NCBI GenBank assembly: GCA_009692345.1
Contig: SHZI01000002.1
Location: 167-64,166 of the forward strand
DNA: 64,000 bases
Origin: Gammaproteobacteria bacterium
GTDB lineage: Bacteria; Pseudomonadota; Gammaproteobacteria; Steroidobacterales; GCA-2729495
Reading direction: 5' to 3'
Of this stretch, positions 49,723 through 60,594 are shown one piece after another. The notes beneath the pieces were generated by a model that searched no databases, was not told the origin of the DNA, and saw only the letters and a program-made list of their open reading frames with translations. Numbering within the stretch: the stretch's first letter is position 1; each line of letters starts with the position of its first letter. The translations under genes were made by a program, and so were the position numbers.

Positions 49723-51050
49723 GCGAGCTGCCCCCTGGTGCAGAAGCAGCGCAGCCCGCCTGGCGCCCGCTGGCGGACCGGATGCGCCCAACGAGTCTCA
49801 GCGAGGTAGCAGGCCAGGGACATCTTCTGGCGTCCGGCCAACCGCTCCTCCGGCTGCTGAAGGGTGAGCTGCATTCCGCCATTCTCTGGGGTCCTCCGGG
49901 ATCCGGGAAGACGACGCTGGCGCGACTCCTCGCTGCCACGGTTGGTGCGCACTTCGTAGCCCTTTCGGCAGTCCTGGCCGGGGTCAAGGAAGTACGGGAA
50001 GCAGTCGCCTATGCCCAGGCCAACCCGGAGCAGCCGACGCTCTTGTTCCTGGACGAGGTCCACCGCTTCAACAAGGCCCAGCAGGACGCGTTCCTGCCCT
50101 ACGTTGAGGATGGGACGCTGATCTTTGTGGGTGCGACCACGGAGAATCCGGCCTTCGCGCTGAACAACGCCCTGCTGTCCAGGGCGCGAGTGTATGTGCT
50201 GAAGTCCCTGGCTGATTCTGATCTGGTGGCTATTCTGGCGGCTGCCCTGGCGGATCCGGTGCGTGGCCTCGGTGCCCGACCGCTCCTGGCCGGGCATGCG
50301 GAACTGCTGGATCTGGCCAGAGGCGCGGATGGCGATGCGCGGCGGGCACTGAACCTGCTCGAGGTCGCCGCAGGACTGGTGACTGACGACGCCACTCTGA
50401 CGCCCGCCATCGTTGCCACCGTGCTTACCGGGAGTTATCGCCGCTTCGACCGCCAGGGTGATGTGTTCTACGAGCAGATCTCCGCACTGCACAAGTCCGT
50501 GCGCGGTTCCGATCCCGACGCTGCCCTGTACTGGCTCGCGCGCATGCTGGATGGTGGCTGCGACCCGGCCTACGTGGCCCGGCGGATCGTCCGCATGGCC
50601 TCGGAGGACATTGGCAATGCGGACCCCCGCGCCCTCACCCTGGCGCTCGAAGCCTGGCAGGCGTGGGAGCGTCTGGGCACACCGGAGGGGGAACTGGCGC
50701 TGGCCCAGGCCGTGGTGTTTATGGCCTGTGCGGCCAAGAGCAATGCGACTTACCTGGCCTGGCAGGCGGCCCAGGCCGATGTGCAGGCCCACGGCACCTT
50801 GCCTGTTCCGGCACCACTGCGCCCTGCCTCTACGGGCCTGGCACGCAGCCTCGGCCATGGAGCGGGCTATCGCTACGCCCACGACGAGCCCGATGCCTTT
50901 GCGGCGGGGGCCAGCTACTTTCCCGCAGAACTGGGGCAGCGGACGTATTACGAGCCGGTACCCCGGGGCCTCGAACAGCGGATTGCCGACAAGCTCGCAG
51001 ACTTCCGGGCCCGCAATCAGTCTGCCCGGCAGACGAAGCCGCCGGTGTAA
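49698..51050 (+). CDS. rarA: replication-associated recombination protein RarA/MgsA
   Basis: ATG 49698. Contains LWGPPGSGKTTLARLLA, LFLDEVHRFNKAQQDAFLP and a MgsA C-terminal domain. Confidence 0.95.
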   Translation: MARPPKVLSELPPGAEAAQPAWRPLADRMRPTSLSEVAGQGHLLASGQPLLRLLKGELHSAILWGPPGSGKTTLARLLAATVGAHFVALSAVLAGVKEVREAVAYAQANPEQPTLLFLDEVHRFNKAQQDAFLPYVEDGTLIFVGATTENPAFALNNALLSRARVYVLKSLADSDLVAILAAALADPVRGLGARPLLAGHAELLDLARGADGDARRALNLLEVAAGLVTDDATLTPAIVATVLTGSYRRFDRQGDVFYEQISALHKSVRGSDPDAALYWLARMLDGGCDPAYVARRIVRMASEDIGNADPRALTLALEAWQAWERLGTPEGELALAQAVVFMACAAKSNATYLAWQAAQADVQAHGTLPVPAPLRPASTGLARSLGHGAGYRYAHDEPDAFAAGASYFPAELGQRTYYEPVPRGLEQRIADKLADFRARNQSARQTKPPV

Positions 51051-54559
<3,509 letters not shown>

Positions 54560-54584
54560 CCCTGCCGCGACAGCCGCTCCCGCA

Positions 54585-54803
54585 TTACTCCGGCGGGATC
54601 TCGATGATCGGGTCAGTCTGGCCGGTGATCATCGCCCGGACGTACTCGGGGGAGGGCAGGTGGCAGTAGACGCTGCCCTTCTTGTCCTCCCCGACCCCGC
54701 CACCGGGCAATATCCGGTCGACCCGGATCGTCAGGCCGCGCAGCCGGAGCTTGCCAGCTACGGTCAGAATGGCGACCTGGGGCAGGTAGGGCAGTGGGTA
54801 CAA
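54585..54803 (-). CDS. hypothetical 72-aa protein (family not recognised)
   Basis: TTG start. GC3 is very high in this frame (for example ctg ccc tac ctg ccc cag gtc gcc). I recognised no motif. Confidence 0.5.
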   Translation of the reverse strand: MYPLPYLPQVAILTVAGKLRLRGLTIRVDRILPGGGVGEDKKGSVYCHLPSPEYVRAMITGQTDPIIEIPPE

Positions 54804-54924
54804 CCAGGACGGTCCGGACAGAGAGAGGACGTCATGCTGAACTTGTGCGGATGCTATGTGAGCGGTTTCGACCGTGTCAATGCGTAGCGGCTGCGCCGGC
54901 GCTGCGGCCCTCAGGGGCGCGCTT

Positions 54925-54975
54925 ATGACAAAACGGTTTACATCCCCGGACGACGACGACGACGACGACGACTAG
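54925..54975 (+). CDS. candidate micro-ORF MTKRFTSPDDDDDDDD (alternative start ATG 54880 gives 31 aa)
   Basis: AGGGG lies 7 nt upstream of ATG 54925, and the eight GAC codons run directly into TAG 54973-54975. Speculative; it is below the ORF-track size cutoff. Confidence 0.2.
   Translation: MTKRFTSPDDDDDDDD
54949..54972. repeat. (GAC)8 perfect trinucleotide microsatellite
   Basis: Read directly from the sequence. Confidence 0.98.
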
Positions 54976-55037
54976 GATGCCCTCTAACCCCAGCGGTCGA
55001 ACAAAAAGCGGGGGTGCCTTTTAAAGAGGAATACTCG

Positions 55038-55574
55038 GTGCGGAAACTTGCTGGCGTGGTCCCGCTGCTCGGCTGGATGTCTAATGTACAGGCCATCCCG
55101 ATTCAGTGGACGCTTACCGATGTTCTGTTTGACGATGGCGGTACGGCCACCGGTTCGTTTGTCTTTGATGCCGACACGGCGACTTACTCGAATATTTCCA
55201 TAACCACGACCACTGCGGGGCTGCTGCCCCTGGCAACCTTTACGTCCCTCCTGGCGGGTTCGGCAACGGATGGTGCGTTCACGCCGGCTGCTGGCGACCA
55301 GACCGGCCAGCCGTTCCTGCAACTGCTCTACTTCCAGTTGCCGCTCAGCAACGCAGGCGGCACGCTGTACCTCATTAACCCCTTCTTTCCCAGCACCTCG
55401 TCCTTCGATGGCACCTGCCTGAACGCCAGCTGCAGCTCGGTGGACTACGGACGCATCATGGTGGATGGCGGCATCATCGGGTCGACGCCGGCCGTCATTC
55501 CCGTCCCGGCCGCCGCCTGGCTGTTTGCGTCCGCCATGGCCAGTGCGGGCGCATTGCGCAGGCGGAATGCCTAG
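55038..55574 (+). CDS. PEP-CTERM/VPLPA-CTERM sorting-domain protein
   Basis: GTG 55038 follows an AAGAGG RBS. It has a signal peptide (...LLGWMSNVQA/IP). The C-terminus VIPVPAAAWLFASAMASAGALRRRNA has the motif, TM segment and Arg cluster of an exosortase substrate. Confidence 0.8.
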   Translation: MRKLAGVVPLLGWMSNVQAIPIQWTLTDVLFDDGGTATGSFVFDADTATYSNISITTTTAGLLPLATFTSLLAGSATDGAFTPAAGDQTGQPFLQLLYFQLPLSNAGGTLYLINPFFPSTSSFDGTCLNASCSSVDYGRIMVDGGIIGSTPAVIPVPAAAWLFASAMASAGALRRRNA

Positions 55575-55602
55575 CCCGGCATTCGATACCGTTAAGTTGC
55601 CC

Positions 55603-55634
55603 AAAGAAAAGGCGCCCCGATGGGCGCCTTTTTT
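55603..55634. terminator. bidirectional Rho-independent terminator
   Basis: AAAGAAAA, the stem GGCGCCC/GGGCGCC with loop CGAT, then T6. It lies between convergent genes. Confidence 0.8.
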
Positions 55635-55669
55635 GTCTCCGTAGGAGCGCCTTTAGGCGCGATTCCCCC

Positions 55670-56365
55670 TCATTCGTCGCGCCCGATGCCCAGGATGGCC
55701 AGCAGGTTGACGAAGATATTGAAGAGGCTCACGTACAGGCTCACCGTCGCCAGAATGTAGTTGGTCTGCCCGCCGTTGATGATGGCGCTGGTTTCGTAGA
55801 GGATGCAGCCCGCCATCAACAGGATCACCGCGGTGGAGATCACCATCTGGAAGGCGGACAGGTCCACGAAGAGTCCCACGACAATGACGCCCAGCAGCCC
55901 GATCAGACCCACGGTCAGAAAGGTGCCCATGAAGCTCATGTCGCGGCGTGACTTGACGACGTAGGCGCTGAGGCCGGCGAACAGCGCGCCTGTGATGCCC
56001 AGGCTGGTCATCACCAGCTCGCCACCGTTGGGCACCGACTGCAGGTAGGCACTGAGCATCGGCCCGAGGGTGAGCCCCATGAAGCCCGTCAGCCCGAATA
56101 CGGCTCCGATGCCGGCGGCCGAGTTCTTGAGCTTGTAGGTCAGAAAGAGCAAGCCGAAGTACCCGACGAGGGTCACGACCGGCCCCAGGGAGGGCATGCC
56201 CATAGCCATAGCGAGCCCCGCCATGGCCGCGCTGAACAGCAGGGTGGCCGACAGCAGCAGGTAGGTGTTCCGGAGCACCCGGTTGGTCGTGAGCTCAGAG
56301 GGGCGGTCTGCGGTGGCGCCGCCCCGGGCTGCCGGGAGGACACTTAAGTTACGGTCTGCTGCCAT
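55670..56365 (-). CDS. Bax inhibitor-1/YccA family membrane protein
   Basis: 231 aa with 7 TM segments. N-terminal NRVLRNTYLLLSATLLFSA; C-terminal LYVSLFNIFVNLLAILG. Confidence 0.9.
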   Translation of the reverse strand: MAADRNLSVLPAARGGATADRPSELTTNRVLRNTYLLLSATLLFSAAMAGLAMAMGMPSLGPVVTLVGYFGLLFLTYKLKNSAAGIGAVFGLTGFMGLTLGPMLSAYLQSVPNGGELVMTSLGITGALFAGLSAYVVKSRRDMSFMGTFLTVGLIGLLGVIVVGLFVDLSAFQMVISTAVILLMAGCILYETSAIINGGQTNYILATVSLYVSLFNIFVNLLAILGIGRDE

Positions 56366-56504
56366 GCACGTACTCCCTGGGTTTAGGTATGGTCACGGTA
56401 TCAGACCCCTGCGCCGGGTCAAAGTTTCCACTCCAGACCCGCTTCTGACGCTCCGCGGCGCTTGAATGTGGGTCCCGGGGTGGTGACAATTCGCCACTCC
56501 CATC

Positions 56505-56592
56505 GGAGAGGTGGCAGAGCGGTCGAATGCGGCGGTCTTGAAAACCGTTGAACCGCAAGGTTCCGGGGGTTCGAATCCCTCCCTCTCCGCCA
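56505..56592 (+). tRNA. tRNA-Ser (anticodon UGA)
   Basis: GGAGAGG acceptor stem, anticodon loop CTTGAAA, long variable arm, T-loop GGTTCGAATCC and 3' GCCA. Closely parallels the E. coli tRNA-Ser(UGA) layout. Confidence 0.95.
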
Positions 56593-56625
56593 AATGAGCA
56601 TCCGAGGCAGTCCGAGTGAGTCCTT

Positions 56626-56651
56626 AAAGCCCGTGTAATAGCGGGCTTTTT
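56626..56651 (+). terminator. Rho-independent terminator after tRNA-Ser (island-borne)
   Basis: AAAGCCCG ... CGGGCTTT stem followed by a T run. Confidence 0.7.
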
Positions 56652-56790
56652 CGCATCCGGAGCATCCGTAGCACTCCGAGCGAGTCCGGTTGAATCCGGG
56701 GGCATATGGGGGCATATTGCGGGGCAAGGGGGAATTGTGATGCCCCCAAGCCGGGGGGATGCCCCCGCCCGACGAGAGGGAATGCCCCCG

Positions 56791-58017
56791 ATGCTGACCG
56801 ATGCCCGCGTGAAGGCCGCTGGACCGCGTGAGAAGCCCTACAGGCTATGGGATGCCACTGGCCTGTACATCGAGGTGTCTCCGAGCGGCGGCAAGTTGTG
56901 GCGAGTTAAATACCGCTTCAACAAAAAGGAAAAAAGGTTGGCACTGGGGGCTTACCCGGAAGTCGCTCTCAAGGAAGCGAGGGAGAAACGCGACGATGCC
57001 CGCCGACTGCTGCGGGATCACCTGGACCCTGCCATGGTCCGCCGGGACACCAAGGCTGCGAAGGTGGCTGAGGAGCGGTCCGCCGGGGCCACGTTTCGGG
57101 TGATTGCCGAGGAGTGGCTGGAGAAGAACGCCCCCCGCTGGTCCGCTGGTACGGCGGGGAGTGTGACGGATCGACTCAAGGCTAACGTCTACCCGTGGTT
57201 GGGTGACAAGCCCATCACCGCAATCGAGGCCCCCGAGGTGCTGGCGGTCATCCGGCGCATTGAGGCGAGGGGTGCACCCGAGGTGGCCCGCCGGGTGCTG
57301 CAAATCTGCGGGCAGATATTCGCCTACGCGATTTCCACCGCGAGGGCTTCCCGCAACCCTGCTGGGGACCTGCGTGGGGCCATTCCGCCCCCGCCGAAAG
57401 GCCATCACGCCAGCATCACTGACCCCAAAGCAATTGGCGAGTTGCTGCGGGCCATTGACGGGTATACCGGGAGCTTCGTTGTCCGCTGCGCTCTCAAGCT
57501 CGCCCCGTTGACCTTCGTTCGCCCTGGTGAACTGCGGCGGGCGGCATGGTCCGAGTTCGACCTGGATCAAGCCGAGTGGCGCATCCCCGCCGAAAAGATG
57601 AAGGCGCGGGCGGTGCACATCGTCCCGTTGAGTCGCCAGGCCCTCGAAATCCTCGAGGAGTTGAAGCCGCTTACGGGCAGGGATGAGTACCTATTCCCAA
57701 GCGTGCGGACGGTGGCCCGCCCGATGAGTGAAAACACTGTGACCGCAGCCCTGCGCCGTCTGGGCTACACCGGCGAGCAGATGACCGGCCACGGCTTCCG
57801 CAGCATGGCGAGTACGTTGTTGAACGAGCAGGGGTGGAATCGAGACGCTATCGAGAGACAGCTTGCCCACGGTGAGCGGGACAAGGTGCGAGGTGCCTAC
57901 AACTATGCACAGCATCTACCCGAGCGCCGGAAGATGATGCAGGCGTGGGCTAAATTTCTCGACGGTTTGCGGACGGGTGCCAAGGTTGTCTCGATTCGCC
58001 GGGGCAAGGGCGGCTGA
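56791..58017 (+). CDS. int: tyrosine integrase, P4/CP4-57 type (DUF4102 N-terminus)
   Basis: MLTDARVKAAGPREKPYRLWDATGLYIEVSPSGGKLWRVKYRFNKKEKRLALGAYPEVALKEAR, with a C-terminal HGFRSMAST...AHGERDKVRGAYN catalytic region. ATG 56791 is preferred over the track start 56737. Confidence 0.92.
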   Translation: MLTDARVKAAGPREKPYRLWDATGLYIEVSPSGGKLWRVKYRFNKKEKRLALGAYPEVALKEAREKRDDARRLLRDHLDPAMVRRDTKAAKVAEERSAGATFRVIAEEWLEKNAPRWSAGTAGSVTDRLKANVYPWLGDKPITAIEAPEVLAVIRRIEARGAPEVARRVLQICGQIFAYAISTARASRNPAGDLRGAIPPPPKGHHASITDPKAIGELLRAIDGYTGSFVVRCALKLAPLTFVRPGELRRAAWSEFDLDQAEWRIPAEKMKARAVHIVPLSRQALEILEELKPLTGRDEYLFPSVRTVARPMSENTVTAALRRLGYTGEQMTGHGFRSMASTLLNEQGWNRDAIERQLAHGERDKVRGAYNYAQHLPERRKMMQAWAKFLDGLRTGAKVVSIRRGKGG

Positions 58018-58033
58018 TCGCGCCGGTTCGGAC

Positions 58034-58531
58034 ATGGCAAAGCGCAAGATTAAACTGCCCCGGTATTCTGCGGCCCAGGACGCAGCCCAGATGCGGATAG
58101 TCCGTCTGCTGAGTCACATGGGAGAGGGAACGGTCCCTGACGAGGCCGACAGGCGATGGTTGCACGAGTTTTTCAGCGACGTTCTGCTGAATTCAGGGAG
58201 TAAGGCTCGCAAGCACTTCGGGCTGCCCGTCGTTATTGGTCGCCGCGCTAGAGTTGGGAAAATGCTTGCCATCATCGCCTATGTGCAGCTCGCTGAACGC
58301 TACGAGCATGGCAAAAGCGAAGCGTTGGAGTTGGCGAGGGAAGCCTTTAATTACGCCAGTGTTCGCGAGGTTGAGAAGATCGTGGCCGGTACTCCCATGT
58401 CCCACGGCCCCGAGTCCAAGCCTGAATCCGTAGTGGCTTGGCTGGAGGAATTCGTGACTGCCCATGGCGTACCGTTGCCGACTCACAGAGGAGCAACGGC
58501 ACCGCGAAGGAAACCTGTCCGCAATTCGTAG
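58034..58531 (+). CDS. island hypothetical protein (165 aa)
   Basis: ATG 58034 (MAKRKIKLPRYS...). GC3 is good. I recognised no motif. Confidence 0.55.
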   Translation: MAKRKIKLPRYSAAQDAAQMRIVRLLSHMGEGTVPDEADRRWLHEFFSDVLLNSGSKARKHFGLPVVIGRRARVGKMLAIIAYVQLAERYEHGKSEALELAREAFNYASVREVEKIVAGTPMSHGPESKPESVVAWLEEFVTAHGVPLPTHRGATAPRRKPVRNS

Positions 58532-58631
58532 TCTTTCGGCCCCGGTTGAAAGGCCAATCCTTTAGACCGTAGATCGCTGTTTCTTTGTCCGGCAGGATTC
58601 AAATCGTTCCTGTTGGTAACGGAGAATTGCG

Positions 58632-58832
58632 ATGAACGAATCCGAAATCTTGCTTCGCCTGCCCCAGGTTTGTGCCCGGACCGGGCTGGCCCGCAGCACC
58701 ATTTACGACTTAATGGCGGCCAACGCCTTTCCGAAGGGCGTGAAGCTCGGTGCTAAGAGCGTGGCTTGGGTTCAAGCCGAAGTCTCCGATTGGGTTGTGT
58801 CCCGAATCGCGGCCAGCCGCAAAGCCGCATGA
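58632..58832 (+). CDS. alpA: AlpA-family transcriptional regulator / excisionase-like
   Basis: 66 aa; LLRLPQVCARTGLARSTIYDLMAANAFPKGVKLGAKSVAWVQAEVSDWV is the classic AlpA/MerR-like HTH. Confidence 0.85.
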   Translation: MNESEILLRLPQVCARTGLARSTIYDLMAANAFPKGVKLGAKSVAWVQAEVSDWVVSRIAASRKAA

Positions 58833-59293
58833 GCAACGTCCTAGCCATGCAGACTCAGGACGGAACGGGGTCGCTGGTCTACGCAACGCCCCTGATTCCG
58901 CCTGGCGTCTACCTGCTCGCGTTCCGGAACCATGAAACCGTCTGGCAGTTCCGCAGCCCCAAGCTGGTGCTGTGGTTCAGCGTTGCGACACCTGGCCCCG
59001 CACTCGGCGCGGTGCTTTGTCGTTACTACGCCGTCCGAAGTGTCGCCACGAAGTCACGAGCCAAGGGCGGGCAATTCCAGTTCGGGCAAAAGTCCGATTT
59101 CTACCGCGAGTTCTGCCGAGTGTTCGGTGCGCCCGCCCGCATAGACAGGATCAGCCCGGCCAGTTATCGCAACACCGTGGTTTTGGGCGAAGTCGCCACG
59201 GTGACGATGGGTCACGATCAGCAACCGATACCCGAAGGGGCAAAGTACTCAAAGGTCGCCCGACTGATATCCCTGGAAGCGGGGAGGGGATGA
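58829..59293 (+). CDS. island hypothetical protein (154 aa)
   Basis: ATGA overlap with the alpA stop. From memory, the pattern GVYLLAFRNHETVWQFRSPKLVLWFSV...RYYAV recurs next to alpA in tRNA-borne islands. Confidence 0.6.
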   Translation: MSNVLAMQTQDGTGSLVYATPLIPPGVYLLAFRNHETVWQFRSPKLVLWFSVATPGPALGAVLCRYYAVRSVATKSRAKGGQFQFGQKSDFYREFCRVFGAPARIDRISPASYRNTVVLGEVATVTMGHDQQPIPEGAKYSKVARLISLEAGRG

Positions 59294-59463
59294 TGCTTAC
59301 TCCCTCACTGTCTCTGTCTCTGTCTCTGTCTCCTGCTCCGACTCCTACACCAACACCAGCTACGGAACCCCAAGGTCGTTGGCTGGTGCGGCTCTCAGCG
59401 GATGCCTTGGCAAGAATTCGGCCTCGTGGTTATGCGTTTCGGGCCGGACACATGACGAACTAG
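59290..59463 (+). CDS. small island ORF (57 aa) with (LS)4 and PT-repeat N-terminus
   Basis: ATGATG overlaps the upstream TGA (59291-59293), suggesting translational coupling. It contains the (CTGTCT)4 repeat. Confidence 0.35.
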   Translation: MMLTPSLSLSLSLSPAPTPTPTPATEPQGRWLVRLSADALARIRPRGYAFRAGHMTN

Positions 59464-59717
59464 AAACGGCTGCCCCGAGTGCGGTGTTCGCTGCTCAAGT
59501 GTTCACCGCCTCGGGGTCCACGGAACGCAGGACGAAACGATTGTAACGGAGTGATGGTTATTGACGCATCTAGAGCGAGGTTTTTGGGCAGGAAAACCCC
59601 TGTGACGGTTCTCCCTGCCTCCCCATTCCCGGCTGGCCGCCTTGAAAACACTGGATTGCTTCGCCTGGCCGGTGGATCGCTGCCCCCGGATCTGCCCCCA
59701 AGCCCTGAGGTTGCCCC

Positions 59718-60005
59718 ATGAAAAGCCACCGCATCGGCGGAACGCTCGATTACTCGCTACTGGCGATGATGCACCGTCCCCTGGACGCCCCGTCGCTCGT
59801 TGAGGCTATCGGTGACATGGTTGGGCGCGGGTGGGCACTGGACGATATTGGCGCGGTGCTAGGTCTGTCTCGCGCCCAAGTTATCGTGCTGCTGAACACG
59901 GAAACCCCACACCTTGAGGCGACTTCGACGACGAAAACGACCCTGATGGCAAGGCCTTGGCTGTCGGTGGTCCTGTTCGAGTGGCGCGCCTATCCGACTT
60001 GGTGA
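59718..60005 (+). CDS. small island protein with a possible HTH (95 aa)
   Basis: GWALDDIGAVLGLSRAQVIVLL looks like a sigma-r4/LuxR-type HTH. The stop TGA is at 60003-60005. Confidence 0.45.
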   Translation: MKSHRIGGTLDYSLLAMMHRPLDAPSLVEAIGDMVGRGWALDDIGAVLGLSRAQVIVLLNTETPHLEATSTTKTTLMARPWLSVVLFEWRAYPTW

Positions 60006-60184
60006 GCATCCGTGCGGAGCCTGGTCGGTTGTATCGGGAGGCACGGCGACGGCATGGCCGCTTTCCTGACGCCCTGGTGGCCCAGCGTTTGGCGAATGTT
60101 CTGGGCGGAGTCCGCGACCTTGTGGCACTGGAAGACATCGAGCGGCGTCTGGCGGAGCTGGAGAAAAGGGGAGGCCGCCGATGA
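60002..60184 (+). CDS. small island ORF (60 aa; alternative longer start 59957)
   Basis: GTG 60002 forms GTGA with the upstream stop. The C-terminus is IERRLAELEKRGG. Confidence 0.45.
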   Translation: MSIRAEPGRLYREARRRHGRFPDALVAQRLANVLGGVRDLVALEDIERRLAELEKRGGRR

Positions 60185-60411
60185 ACGAATCAGGTTTCGA
60201 CAGGCGACTGCGTCGGCTTGAACAGGCGAAGGACGTGCCGCTCCTGCGCGTCACGCGCAGTGGTCGGTGCGTTGGTCCTGACGGCTATGACTGCGGTCAC
60301 CCGCCCGGCACTTGTAACCGGCCTCACGGTAGCCGAGAGGGGAACGTGACCTGGACGGCGGCCTTAGACGGTCGTAGCGGCTTTGGACTTTACTTCGGCT
60401 ACAGGGATTGA
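60181..60411 (+). CDS. small island ORF (76 aa), Cys-containing
   Basis: ATGA overlap with the upstream stop. The N-terminus is FDRRLRRLEQAKD. Confidence 0.4.
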   Translation: MNESGFDRRLRRLEQAKDVPLLRVTRSGRCVGPDGYDCGHPPGTCNRPHGSREGNVTWTAALDGRSGFGLYFGYRD

Positions 60412-60594
60412 TGACAGCAACAGGTGGCGGTGCAGAAGCTTGTGGTTCGACCCAGGCTGGCGCGGGTAGTGGGACAGGGGTGCGAGCAGGCCCGCGTTCA
60501 GGTAGTGGTCCTAGCGGCTTATTGGCGGCACACCCGGCCACCAGGGCCAAGGCAAACAGAAGGGGCAGGCGGTGCATGGTGGGATGATACGGGC

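Noticed and set aside
54660-54887. 75-aa plus-strand ORF antisense to the 72-aa orphan gene
   Set aside because: The minus-strand frame has much stronger third-position GC bias. The plus-strand translation shows no features.
56737-56790. N-terminal extension of the integrase (MMPPSRGDAPARREGMPP...)
   Set aside because: The MPP codons are produced by the repeated ATGCCCCC DNA motif. P4-type integrases normally begin at MLTD..., so ATG 56791 is preferred and the motif is interpreted as DNA sites.
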